Assembly: GCF_011386835.1 (NCBI RefSeq)
Contig: NC_088797.1
Span: 101,246,001 to 101,310,000 of the forward strand
Source of the DNA: Chrysemys picta bellii
Taxonomy: Eukaryota
DNA length: 64,000 nt
Direction: 5' to 3'
The notes beneath the pieces were generated by a model, which searched no databases, had not been told where the DNA came from, and saw only the letters and a list, made by a program, of their open reading frames with translations. Position numbers and translations under genes: made by a program. Below are positions 12,178-25,118 of this stretch, in pieces (within the stretch, counting starts at the first letter, position 1; each line of letters opens with the position of its first letter).

Positions 12178-13987
12178 AGTCGTCCTTAGCAGATTGTTCG
12201 GATAAGATTCAGAACCATCACGCCTTGGCAAGTAGAATTTACCCTTTGACTGGCAACTCCCCTTCTGCTATAGCATACACATTTTGCTTTCTTGAGACAA
12301 ATGTACCTATAGATAAAGGGACAGTAGATTTTAAAAGCAGCATGAACTAAGTCAATATTTTGCTTTTCTTATATTGGTTTTAAAAATAATAATAATCAGA
12401 AATTAGTTATTCATTATCTAGGTTGGTAACATCTAGAAATAACTTAAAGTTGCCATCAAGACACTCTATGGAATGCCAACATTACTGTGTTTGAAATCCT
12501 CACCAACCTGTAATATTGCAAACTTTTTAGAACTTTTATCATCATCTCTTTGTCAACCTTATGTGGAAATCAGTTTGCTACAGCCAGCATTTTCTTCCCT
12601 TCTTTCCTTTTTCTATGTATCCTCATGAATGTAAAATAAATTGAAAACAAGTACTGATGCACTAGAAACTGAAGTCTTCTGTTTTCTTGGATGTATATCA
12701 AATACATTGAGAGCTTTCTTTTAACTGCTTAGACTTGCCAATGATTTCATTTCCGAGCCAAAGGACTCTACCTTCTTTGGCAGTGAGAAATAATCCAGAT
12801 TTTGAGTCTAGCCTAAACTAGGAAGCTTTTCCTAATACTTTTCCTAATACTTTCTGCCAATGCAACCAGCATTGCAGCTCCACAAGCAGTGGCAATAATG
12901 GAAGTGCTAGCGTAGAGATGCTATCAGTGGCTACCAGCATTTTAAGGCATGTTGTATACACCTGCCCTGAGCAATGTTAGACAACACACTCTGCTGCCTA
13001 GAGCAGTCTACACTAATAGCCCCAACCATTGCTATTGCTGGTGGAATTCAAAGCAGCAGGTAATTTTAGGAGGGTGGGGTGGAGAATGAGTGTAGAGAAA
13101 ACCCAAGTTTGCAGAGTTTCCTTTTGTGTCAGATCACCTAAACTATACGTGGATGTCTGACAGAGCTTAGTTTAATTTCAGTTTTGTGGGGGGTCTCCAA
13201 GAGGAAAAGCCAGGTCCCAGCTCACAGGATTCTGCTTTCTGAAAATCTGCCTTTCCATGCAAATAGAACTGCATAGTTGGGAAATATACAAACATCCATT
13301 TGGAAAAATTGAGTTATAGGTAATTTTTCTTCTAATTTTTAAAATCAAGCTAAAATACACTTAATTTTTAAACATGGCTCCATGGCTTCACATATTCCCT
13401 GGACACTTGGGATAATATGCTGCCACATTAAATATTCCCCAAGAGAATGCACTGGGTTAATGCATGAAGGCTTTATACTTTAGTAGGATTGAGAGTGGAG
13501 GGATTCACTAATCTATCCAAGTTACCTAGATGACATGCCTATCACCAATGCATCTAGAAACCACTGGGAACCATAACTGTGGTGAGAGTTTCAGCATTCA
13601 GAAATACAGGCCATGACAGCCATCATTGGTGAGGGAAGTGGGTTAGCTCAGAGAAAGTTGTAATAGGCATAATTGTGGTGCCAATGAACCAGGATGATAC
13701 TGATTCTAGTTTTCCTCTTGCTGGATTACCATTTTTAATCACTAAGAGTGGCTCCCTTGGGCCCAATCCAATGCCCATCTAAATCAATGGAAAGACTCCC
13801 ACCGACTTCAATGAGTGTTGGATCAGGCCATTGGTGAAGTGCCAATATTTGTTGGTCACTATCCAATGTAGTGGTTTTAGTTCCATTCTTCCTGGCAGAT
13901 ACCAAACCAGCTCAAAATTGCAATGAAGTCTAGCATCAGGCTGTACTACTTGGGGTGGAACGGAATTGCAGTACAGAGGATTATTAT

Positions 13988-14397
13988 TAGAGCTAGACCA
14001 GAACCAGAATTTCTGTACTGTGGGAAATTCCAGCATTTTGGAAAGAAAATTCTTTCTGACTCAGAAGAAAAAGCTGAAATTTACCATGAAAAATGGGGGG
14101 AGAGGAGAGAATTGATTCGGAATCACATTATTTTGATAAGGTAAAACTGGTTCATTTTGACTTTATTGTTTTGATTAATTCCATACTGACATAATGTATG
14201 TGTAATATTTAAATAAAATATTTGCTATTTTATCAAATTAAAATTGTTTTAATTAGAATATAGAAGTCAGAATGAAATCAAAATAGAGTCAAAAGGTTCA
14301 TTGTCAAAATGAAACAAGAAAGTTGAAACAATTCATTTAGACTTTTTATTGTAGACATTTTTGTTGAACTGACACATTCCTGCAAAAACTTACTCTA
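13988..14397. mobile_element. Degraded hAT MITE (TAGAGCT-type end)
   Basis: Starts TAGAGCT, ends ACTCTA. Flanks ATTATTAT / TTTATTAT (7/8), but this sequence is low-complexity. Confidence 0.45.
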
Positions 14398-15794
14398 TTT
14401 ATTATCATACTTAAAAAACAACCTCCGTACCAAGACCTCAAAATCTATTAGAACATATTAACAAGCTTTTAATTTTATTACACAAGGGTTAAATGGAAGT
14501 GTTTATTTCATTGCCTTAAAACCAGGAGTCACTTTAATACGTGAGCTCACATGGCTGACTGAAACTGTAAAAACTCCTGTCAGAGATGGTGCTTAAAAAG
14601 AACAAGATACATCTCAAATATTACCCTGCATAAGTATGTTTGTTTTGGATTGTTTAAATATTCAACTAACTGCTCTATTATAGTAGTCTAACAATGTGAA
14701 AAAAAAACAAGAGTTAAGTCCTCCATTTAATTAAGTCAGAGTTACCCTTCTCTGACAGACATTTAGTCATAGGCACTGGAAGGACAATCTAAATTATACT
14801 TTTTTTCCAGGAATATATTTTGATAAACAGTTTTTAGTAGGATTATGCCAGGCTGTGACACAAGACGATTTTCCATTACACAGCATTGAAACATCCCACC
14901 AATCACAGAAGGGACATCTAGCACGTTGAACAATTTCTTCCTCAAAAAAACAAGAGTGAAACCAGCTCACTTGGGAGTCTTCCACAAGGAAAAACAGCTA
15001 CTACCCTGTTCTGTAACTGTGGTTCTTCAAGGTGTACTGCACACGTTCATTCCACTTCAGGTTTGCGAGCACTTAGCATTGGAGATTTTTCCCTTAGAGG
15101 CACCCGTTGGGGTGGTGCATGCACCCTCTGTTTCCTCATGCTGCTGCACAATGGTGTAAAGGGGGCAGAGTCACCCCTACTCCCTCAGTTCTGTCTTACT
15201 AGACAGACTCCAATATAGAGGCAAAGAAGGGTGGGGTATGCAATGGACATGTGCAACACCTCTCAAAGAACAACAGTTAAAGAACAGGTTAGTAACTTTT
15301 TTCTTTATCAAGAGATTGCACATTTCCATTCCACTTCTGGTGACTCACAAGCAGTTTGATCTAGAGGTGGGATCAGTGAAAACCTGAATAATGATTGATG
15401 GACCACACACCCAAATCTGGCATTATCTGAAACTGTTGAGAGATGGCATAATAAGAAGCAAACTGAAGCTAGAAAGGCTGCATAGGCTGCATGTGAACTT
15501 GTTGAATGTGCTAGCATCCTGTTTGGTGCAGTTATGTGGGTCATGTTGTAGCACAAAGGTATACAGAAGGAAATCCATTACAAGATTTTTTGGGATGAGA
15601 CAGGAAGGCCTTCATCCTGTCCACAACTGCCACAAACAGTTGTTAGGATGACCCAAATGGTTTAGTCCAATCCAAATAAAATATTAATGCTCTGCCAACA
15701 TCCAATGGTTGGAGTTTCTCCTCATCCTTACTAGCTTAAGGCTTGGGGAAGAGAGTTGCTAAGTATTTTGCCTGATTGATGTGGAAGCGAGAAA

Positions 15795-16106
15795 CTATCT
15801 TGGTGAGAAATTTTGGATGAGGTTATAGGTATACCTTGTCCTTATAGAAAAATGTATACAGTAGGTCAGGTACCATGGCTCTAAATCTTCTACTCTCCTT
15901 TGAAGAGAGCTAATTGCCACCAAAAAGGCTATTTTAATTGAAAAATGAAGCAATAGACAGGTAGGCATTGGTTCAAAGCACAGATCCATTAGCTTTGCCA
16001 ACACCAAGTCTAAGTCCCAAGGGAGAATAGGATCCTCTATTTGGAAATATAACTGGCCCAGACCCCTTAAAACCCGAGTGACATGGGATTGGAGAAAAGA
16101 GAGCAA
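15795..16106 (-). pseudogene. DIRS tyrosine recombinase fragment
   Basis: ORF track: PILPWDLDLVLAKLMDLCFEPM...KIAFLVAISSLQRRVEDL matches the DIRS YR motif PPWDL..VL / AFLVAITSARRVSEL. Frameshifted downstream. Confidence 0.85.
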
Positions 16107-16358
16107 ATATCAATTGGAGAGTGGAAAGTAGAAAGCAGCTAGGTGCACCCTGATGGAACTATTAGCAAGACCTTGCTGTTTCAGGTATAACAAATAGTCC
16201 AGCTCATCTTCTATTGGAGCACTGAGTGGAGAAACTCTTTTTTGCTGAGACCAGAAGGAGACTCTTTTCCACTTCAGGAGGTAAGCATACCTAGTAGATA
16301 TTTCTGCTATTCAAGAGGACATTTTGCACATTCCTTGAGCATATCTCCACCTGAGGTG

Positions 16359-17585
16359 TTAACCATGGAGCATCCAGGCTGTAAGATGAAGGCCATCTGG
16401 GTAAGGATGCAGGAGGCGACTGTGGTCTTGTGAGATCAGGTCTGGGTCTGGCAACAGTGTCAATGGAGCCCTGGTTGACAGGAACAGCAGAATGGAAAAT
16501 GAATGAGGCCATGCCAGTGCTATGAGTATCATGCAAGCATGGTCTGGTTTGATTTTTAACAGCACCCTGTATAGGAGTGGAACTGAAGGGTATACATACA
16601 TGAGATTCCCATTTCCCTGGAAAGACAAAGCATCTGTCAGAGACTCTGGACTGTGACTTGCCTGAGAACAAAATTAATGACACTTCCTGTTGTGTTGAGT
16701 CACAAACAGGTCTATTTGGGGAATGCCCCAAACTTGGAAAATGTATCTGATTATAGCTGGGTGGAGATACCACTCGGGGTGACTAGTGAAAGATCTGCTC
16801 AATCAGTCTTCCAGTCTGTTCTGGACACCCAGAAGGTGGGAGGCTTTGAGGTGGATTGAGTTGGTGATGCAAAATTCCCAAAGCAGTATTGCCTCTTGGC
16901 ATAGAAGTGTTGATCAGGCCCCTCCTTGTCTATTACACTGCCACTGTGTTGTCTGAGAGAACTAGCAAATTCTTTCCCTTGATGGAGGAGAAAGGGGGGA
17001 AAGCTTGACAAGCTCGATGAATGTCTCTCGACTCTTACATTTATATGGAGAGCTAACTCCTGCCGAGACCAGAGATCTTCAACCCAGGGCAGAAGCGTCT
17101 TAACTAGAATCAAAGTAGATTATGCGGGAACAAAAGGAACTCCCACACGTTGGTTGAGTCCATCCATCAGTCCTCAGAGACTAAGACGTCTGTGGGCACT
17201 CAAACTAACATGTCCAGTGGATGACAAATTGGGGAGTACACTGAGCTCAGCCAGCTCTGCAGCCTGGCATGCCAAACCAGGTAAGCACGAGGCCATGTGC
17301 CACAGAAGGCTGAGGCAATTCCATGCTGTTGTGGTAGGATGGGCCTTCAGGTCTAATGAAATAGCCAGCATTGTCTGGAATCTGGTTTGCGGGAGGAATG
17401 CTTTGGCTTCCCTAGAATGCAAGGCCACTCCTAAACTCTGTTTTCCAAACTGGTGAGAGAAATTGATTTCTCCACATTGGTCAGCAACCCCTGTGGGCCA
17501 AAGGTGAACTGGATCTTGGCCACCCTTGATAGCATCTGGCTCTTCGATTGTCCTTTCACCAGGCAGTCGTCCAGGTAGGGAAACA
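16359..17585 (-). pseudogene. DIRS RT / RNase H / methyltransferase-like ORF remnants (multiple frameshifts)
   Basis: Pieces in different frames: YLDD at 17566-17577, ORF 17174-17428 (AKAFLPQTRFQ...CLSLLWHMASC), ORF 16799-17113 (ELALHINVR), ORF 16359-16628 (MT-like). Confidence 0.8.
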
Positions 17586-17948
17586 CTCGAACTCCTGATT
17601 TCCTCAGGAACGCAGTGAGAACAAATTGGATGCTCCCTTAGAGATTGATCTCAATGGCACTGGGACTAGTATTGGAGTCGATGACCCCACCTCAGGGGAG
17701 TGCCTTGGCACTGAGCACACTCTGCCCTCCTTCCCAGGTTGTTTGCTGGACATCGGTACTGGCAACCTTGATCTCCTGGATGGCAGGTCTCTCAATGCAA
17801 TCTTCCGTACCGGAGAAGGAGATCAGCATTGAGACTATGCCATGTCAGGAGGAGTGTCTCCATGTCATAGAGGCGCTTGATGCCCACCCTGAACAGGAAG
17901 GCTCCAAGAATGGATGCAGGGCTGCCTCCATAAGAAGGTGCTTTAGTC

Positions 17949-18344
17949 CAGTGGTTCTCAACCTTTCCAGACTACTGTACCCCTTTCAGGAGTCTGATTT
18001 GTCTTGCATATCTCAAGTTTCATCTCACTTAAAAACTACTTGCTTACAAAATCAGATATAAAAATACAAAAGTGTCACAGCACATTATTACTGAAAAATA
18101 TTGCTCACTTTCACCATATAAGTTATAAATCAATTGGAATACAAATATTGTACTTACATTTCAGTGTAGTATATAGTATACACAAGTCATTGTCTGTATG
18201 AAATTTTAATTTGTACTGACTTCAATAGCGCTGTTTATGTAGCCTGTTGCAAAACCTTAGGGTAATATCTAGATGAGTTGAGGTACCCCCTGAAGACCTC
18301 TGAGTACCCCCAGGGGTACACATACCCCTCGTTGAGAACCACCA
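17949..18344. mobile_element. hAT (Charlie/Buster-type) MITE inserted into the DIRS gag region
   Basis: CAGTGGTTCTCAAC ... GTTGAGAACCACCA. Perfect 8-bp TSD CTTTAGTC (17941-17948 and 18345-18352) with central TA. Confidence 0.92.
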
Positions 18345-21300
18345 CTTTAGTCTGACCTCCCTGTCCTTTTTGTTCTTGGTTTAAAGTCCCTATAGATTTG
18401 GCACCAGTTTTTGATGTTAGTTTCTCCAAGGCACTTCAGGCATCTGGAGTGTGGGTTGCTGACTGGCATCAGCTTCTTGCATCCATCAGAAGGTTTGAAG
18501 TCCGGGGACTAAGGCATGCCCCAGCACAAGGCATTGGTACCCAGAACAGGCAGGAACCAAAGTGTACACTAAGTACACTAGTGAACAAGGAAACCTATTA
18601 GTAAAACCTATACTAAGACTATTAACTAGTAATGTGTACCAATTATATACACAATAGAAAAGACTAAGAAAAAGGGAAACACTTGCAGTAGCAAATTAGT
18701 ATGCTCCAACCACCATCATGGGTGGGAAGAAAGAATGGAAGAAGGGTGAAGATAGCTCTGCCCTTTATAGAATTACGCAGCAGCATGAGGCAGCAGAGGG
18801 CGCGTGTGCTGCCCTGACAGGTACCGCTAAGGGAAGTCTCTGTCACTAATGCACTGGGCACACACACATCTGAAGTGGATTGAATGTGGGTAACACATCT
18901 AGAAGAATTACTAATTCCAAAAGCTACCTGTAGGAAAACCCTTGGACAGAATAGCTTTAGCCACACCCATACGTTGGAAAGTCTGAATGACTGATTTGAT
19001 TATCCTTTAGTCTATTTGTTGCTGTGGATAAGGGGAATCCACACCCAAGTCTTTGTACAGCATATATGCTGCTAAGCGTTAATGACAACAAACCAACCTT
19101 AATGCAAGTTTCCTCCTGAGCCAGCTGTTTCTAGGGCTTTTCCCTGCAAGACTTTCTGTCTCACCTCTTGCCTCTCAGACTATCCATCTTCTCTGAATTG
19201 GGGCTAATGAGACGCACCTGCTAGGATGAGTCACCAAACAGGCCTCCATTACCATGCAGGTCTTAGAGCCTTGTAACCTGTCACAGATGCTCAGAGGCAT
19301 ATTCACTGTAGATACTTGGACTTTTCTAAATTAACTTTAAAAGAAAGAGTGAAGTTTTCAGAAGCAGCCAAGTCGCTTAGAAACCTCCGTCCCATTGACT
19401 TGCAATGAGATTTAGGCTCCAAAGGCCTAGATCCTCAAAGGTACTTAGGTGACTACCTCCCACAATGGGAGTTAGGCCCCTAACTACTTTTAAGAAGCTG
19501 GGAGTAAGTCACAAATAAAAATGAAATTAAATCTCCTATGTCATATAGGTGCTTTTGAAAGTTTTACCCAAAACATGTACAAATGTTCCTGGAAATTCTT
19601 CACTCAAACACGAAGTTACTAATTCCTAAAATTTTTGCACTGTTGAACAACAGAGGAGTGGCCATCAAAGATCAAACCAGCGGTCTGTCATCTAGCTCAG
19701 TGACTTGCTTCTCTGATACTTCAGAGAAAGGCATAAACCCTGTCCTCTCATAATGTCTCTAGCTAATTGTGAAGTGTTGTCTATCCCAAAGTATGGTATT
19801 TGATTACCCATATATAACTGGCTGAAGCTTGCATAACGACAGATGTTATTAATGGACATAAAATGATCCAGCCAAAGTTTTTCTTTTAATTCTAGCCAAA
19901 GTATTTGTATCAATCTTCTGCATAAATAAATCCCAGAGAGTGACAATATGCTGTGAAAATAATATTTCTTTTTATTGGTTCTAAATACACTGCCCTTTAA
20001 TTTCTACTTTGCCTGCTGAGAAGTCCAGTGTTATTAATTATTATTGGATTGAGGAAAAACTTGAATTTTAACCATTAAAATGAACTGAGAAAGTAAAGAA
20101 AACCAAGAACATGGATAATTTTATTTAACTCTTTAAAACCCACATTTTAAAAACTGTTTGAAACACATTATGACCATAGTTACCAACTTTCATGTGGTAA
20201 ATAAATACCCCAGCTTTCACTATAAGCCAAAAATCAAGCTAATCCCATTTCAAAACACTTGAATGTAATGTGTAACTGAAACCAGCAACAAAGGAGACTG
20301 GTTGCAGCATAAGATAAAACTAATAGTTTTGTCTATTTGCAAATTTTAAAAAACCCACACACCGCTTTCTCTTCTCCAATTCCCATGTTTCACCTGGCAA
20401 TTTTAAAGCCAAGTAATATTTTTCTGAGTAACTGCAGTGTTCTAAGAGAAAAATATATCCATGTTGCATATTTAGAAGAGATATGGGTAGATAATGTCAA
20501 ATCCACCAGCCTTCTCTGTCTTTCATATACAACACCAGTCCCAGTTTTTAATACTACCATGGAAGAAGAGTTTTTTCCTTTACATTTTCTGTTCAGGCAA
20601 AGCCAACATGCTGAAAGTGTTTAGAGGATGTGTGTTAGTAATGCGATTTTCAGCATGTTTCTCAACATTTAAGGGATATGATGTTGCAGCTGACTCAAAA
20701 CACTCAAACTTTTTGCAGAGGGACTGGATGGGCTCTATGTCTGTGCAAATTAAATCAAGTGGAGATCAAATATATGAGGACTGTTTCAGGCTCCTGTTAC
20801 ATCACATGGCACCATACTGTCTGACATTGCAGTATGTAGGGAGTGCTGGACAAATGGAAGGCTGGTTGCTCCTGACCCATGCACATGAGGGAGGCATAAG
20901 AAGCCTTTTCCCGCATAGCCCATTGCTCATCCACATGCTCAACATGGATGCATGGACTGCTTCCTTGATGTGCCCTCAGGAGCAGAGCACTATGACCCTA
21001 AAGAGGGGCAGAAGGGAAAGAAGGAGGAAGGCCATGTATGGTGCGGGCTGCATATTGCTCTCACTTAGGCACAATCCCTTCCAGTACTGCCACTGGAGTG
21101 GCATGATTCTGAACCACTCCCTACCTTGAGCTTTTCCTAAAATGACTACTATATCCATGCTTCCATATCAAACTGACCATCTTTGATGCCTTCCCTTAGG
21201 TAATAATTGTCATGTTCATGGCATACAAACGGATAGTGTTATGGTGCAACCTTCTAAAAAGATTATAAAAAACATAAAAACACTATTTTCATTCTTAGAA

Positions 21301-21574
21301 TTCAAAGTGATAACAGTCACCAAAAACAGAGAGAGATAAAGCAGGCTGCTCCCAAATAAAGAGAGACACTATCCACCCCACCTTGTTCTAGGCTGGCTTT
21401 TTCCAGACTGATTGCTGCTCTCCAGATTGCACACTTTAGTACAGAGCCCCACAGCCTGCAAGCAGGACCAGGAAATCGCCCCCACACTCACATATTCTTC
21501 AAGTGATAGGTGAAATTCCAATACATTCCTCAATATACAATAATGATACTTTGTATTTCTATTGCGCCTTCCAC

Positions 21575-21885
21575 TGGAGTATCTCAAAGCACTTTACACA
21601 TATGAGATTGCCAGTGCTTTAGGACAGGTACCACATCTTTGTTCTATGTTTGTATACTGCCTTAGTATCATTGTGTCTTGGTCGATGATGGGCTCCTATT
21701 GCTACCACAACAATGAAATGAATCAAGCCCCACAACAATCCTACAAAGTAAGTATTATTTTGCTGGTGGGGAAATGGAGGCAGGGAGGGCTTAAGTGACT
21801 TGCCTAAGCTCACACAAAGCGTATTGCAGAGCCAAGAATAAAACCCACTTCCCTTACTCTGAACCCAGAGCCTTAACCACGTATT
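21575..21885 (-). mobile_element. CORE-SINE (MIR-like). Further copies at about 24790-25035 (-), 26240-26450 (+), 30400-30560 (-), 56760-56910 (-) and 57670-57890 (+)
   Basis: Reverse complement of the CORE motif (GGGGAAATGGAGGCA...TTAAGTGACTTGCCTAAG). Boundaries are approximate. Confidence 0.7.
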
Positions 21886-23642
21886 CTGCACATAGATTAA
21901 GGACAATAGTACCATTTAATTTTCTAAAATGTTAAATTTTACTGTTTCTGGACCACTCTGTCACAATGGTTCAAGATAGGTGTGGTAGAAAGGAAAGCCA
22001 ATGGACAAGCATCTCGCAACCTGAGACGTTATTAAACACAGGTTATATTTGTTTAAGTTCAAACCACTGGGGCAGCGAAGAAAAAGTTTCCCCACTTCCC
22101 TGTTGCCAACATCCAGCTCCTCTTTGCTTATTAGGAGAGTCTCTATGACTCCCTTTGCAGGTGGGAATGGAGTCTCTAGGAAGGCTCCTAAAGGACACCA
22201 AGCCCCATACATTTCAGAATGCTGTCCTGAGGGAATTATTAGGGCTCTATGACAGGGGTACATGGCTTGTTCTCTCCAATCAGAGCGCCTGGATTGTTCC
22301 TCACCCAACAGACAGAACATCTTCCTGAGTTTAGCAGTTAAAAGTATTTGCCACCTTCATCACAGCACTATCACTAGCAGCCAAAGATTTGACTGATATA
22401 GCCAACTGGTGTTAGATAATATGATTTCAAGACCTTGGATGTAACAGCCTCCTTATTCAGCATTAGGGAGATAGAGGGATATTTCCACTGAAGTTAGTGG
22501 GAGCTTTACCATTGGCTTCAACAGCAGCAGGATAGCAAGATCTGGACCTTAAACATGAGCTCTAGACTGAGTAAATAACTAAAGTGAATGTTGAAAAGCA
22601 AGACATTTAACAAAATAAATGCTGTTAAATTCTGGATCCAGATTGGAGAGATTGTTCTGCCTTCATAATGAAAGTCCCCCAATCTATGCACCAGTAAAAT
22701 GATTGTCTTGTATTACTGTGGAAACTCACACTTCATGTTTCAGTAATAAATGGAATATTCCTCCTATTGCAAACTGTACACTTGGATGGTTTTGATGCTA
22801 GAGCTATTCCCAATTTTGGAAATGTTTGCCAGACTTGACCTTTATATTTGTGGTTATGCTTATACAGACATCACTCCTGGTTTGGAGAGATAATCTTACT
22901 GGTGACCTATGGAACAGTCATAAATGGTTTCAGAATAAACACTTTTAACTGCCTTTTCCTCCCACACTCACTGTGTGAATCAGTAACATTGAATATATTC
23001 TTAATTTTAGGTCCTGCTTATCTTTACAATAGCTTCATTTGCGTGCATATCCAACTTCCTGCTGCAGTGAGAAAACCCTCAGAGGTTCAGCTGTTGCTGT
23101 AAATCTCACTCATCAATGACACATTTTCTGTTATGTTGGAGTCTATTTTAAGCTCACCTGTTTCAGCTGCTATCCATAGCAGGCTCACAGTTAACACTTT
23201 TTAGTATCTTCTCTAAAGTAAAAATGGCAACAAGCTCCCAGAGTAGTGTCTGCTTATGCTGCACAGCTCCTAATACTATTCAGCACTTGTAATACTGAAA
23301 TGTTTGCCATGTTTCCTTTGCCATGTCTGACGGCTGAAAGGCATCAGGGAATTGTCCGAAAGAGAGACACTGTGAGCCTGAGTGTGACAACCTTACACAC
23401 TTTAACGAGCCGAGCTGATTCACACAAGGAGTCCCTTGAGAAATGGCTCATCAGCACAAGTCAGATTCCACACACAGGTCCTTCTGACCAACATTTGTTG
23501 GCTGAAATATGGAATTATCACCCCCTGCAAGGAGATGTTGAGGGTAGCTCAGTCCATGGAGGTTGCTATTTGGCCTCTCTTGGTTCCTTTCAATGAAGCT
23601 ATCCCCTAGTAGCATCCCATTTTATTTCCTACTGCAGCCCAG

Positions 23643-24301
23643 TGTGATGTCCCAGGTCTTAAACCCAGGCCTAGGAGTTTGCAAACAGCCACCACATCCT
23701 CGCCTCTGCCCAATGTCTGCTGAAACCTAATGGGCCAAGCAACTAATAGGACTAGAGCCTCAGCCAAAGCACCATCCACTGGAGCCCTGATTGGAGGATC
23801 GCCTAGGCTCTATTGTTTGGTCCAACCACACTGTTTAAGCCAGAAGGAGGCACAGAAAGTTGTCTGAGCAACCAAGTGATTTCCTGTCATGGCTGCATTG
23901 GACCTTGCTTGTGCTGCTTCCTGCACCCAACCCTGTTCTTTATTCTGCTCTGCTTCTGGCTCCCACCTCACCTCTGCCTTTGCTCCTGTTCCATGCTTGA
24001 TCCCTGCTTCTCCTCCAGTTCCTGCCCTTACCTCGCTTCCACCATCAGTTACCAGTCCTGGCTCTGACCCTGGCCTCCGACTTGGACTCTGGCTTGACCT
24101 TTGGTTCTGGCATTTGATATCGGACCCTCAGTTTTGATTCCTTACTCTGCCTCTGGTCTGCCCCTGGGCTCCAGTAATTGGCAGTTGACTCTGGTGCGGA
24201 CCCTTGGCTTTATTCCCTAACCCAGGATGGCTGCTCTGCCCACTAGACATGACTCCTGCTCTGACTACTAGGCCAGACTGCCTACATCCTGGTCCATAAT
24301 A
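23643..24301 (+). mobile_element. Solo LTR (Gypsy-like), degenerate
   Basis: Starts TGTGA, ends ATAATA (decayed ...CA). Flanks CCCAG / CTCAG (4/5). Pyrimidine-rich U5-like tail with short repeats. Confidence 0.55.
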
Positions 24302-24337
24302 CTCAGGCACAGAAGGCAGACATGGTAATTAGAGAGT

Positions 24338-25118
24338 CTTATGAAATGTAAATACTACATCAAGCTGGCAAAATTCCCAACATGCAACTTGAAATCCTCA
24401 CAGTGAACAACAACAGTAAGGAAGGGATTGTTTGCCAGTGGTTAGAAATCAGGACAGGGAGCTGCTGCCTCGATACTCCAGTGATGGGAGTTTGATTTGA
24501 TCCTTGCCCTATTCATTGTGCAGTGTAGCTGTATGCTGTTCAACAGCTACTGCGTTCCACCTTCAAGATGGCACCATTTCAGTGACAGAAGTGTCTTTAA
24601 CCCAATCTCACCAGTTGGTCTGTGTAGGTGCAAGGATCTGCCCATTCAGAACAGTTTGCAGGATCTGAATCAAAGTTTATTCATCATTTTTTTTCCAGGT
24701 CTGGTAACTTTTTGCTAAAATGTAAGTTCTCAGAGTAAGGCTCAATTAATCATTTATTATTATAAATTAGGTTTATACCAAAGTACTTTACAAAGATTAC
24801 TTAAGACTCACAAAACATCAGTGAGGTAGGTAAGTGATATTATTCCCATTTTGCAGATGGGGAAGTTGAGGCACAAAGAAATTAAATGATTGTGTAAGGC
24901 CATATAGGCCGTCAGTATCACAACTAGCAATATAACCTGATATCTCTTTGTGACATTTAGAGGGTTTCCCATCACTGGAGTATCGAGGCAGCAACTCCCT
25001 GTCCTGATCTCTAACCACTGGCAAACAATCCCTCCCTTACGGTTATTGTTCACGGTGAGAATTTCAAGTTGCATTTTGGGAATTTTGCCAGCTTGATGTA
25101 GTATTTACATTTCATAAG
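24338..25118. repeat. 152-bp inverted repeat pair (24338-24489 and 24967-25118) around a 477-bp spacer
   Basis: Manual alignment of the left arm to the reverse complement of the right arm: 8 substitutions, no indels (~95%). No TSD found. Confidence 0.93.

Larger units (their letters stand above)
15005..18910 (-). mobile_element. DIRS-type tyrosine-recombinase retrotransposon, internally deleted and decayed
   Basis: In order on the minus strand: gag-like start MP*SPDFKPSDGCKKLMPVSNPHSRCLKCLGE (~18520-18420); RT VFPYLDD (YLDD at 17566-17577); RNase H-like WSRQELALHINV; MT-like YVYPSVPLLYRVLLKIK...LHLTAWMLHG; YR PWDLDLVL...IAFLVAISSLQRRVEDL. ITRs at ~15008-15170 and ~18760-18905, ICR at ~15240-15345. 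Confidence 0.9.

Noticed and set aside
20494-21129. 211-aa ORF, and a 184-aa ORF at 51917-52471
   Set aside because: No recognisable protein family or splice context. The second spans a CT microsatellite. Both are likely chance ORFs.
24338-25118. Long-TIR MITE explanation for the inverted repeat
   Set aside because: There is no TSD, and the arms cut through a CORE-SINE head whose remainder is attached to one arm only.
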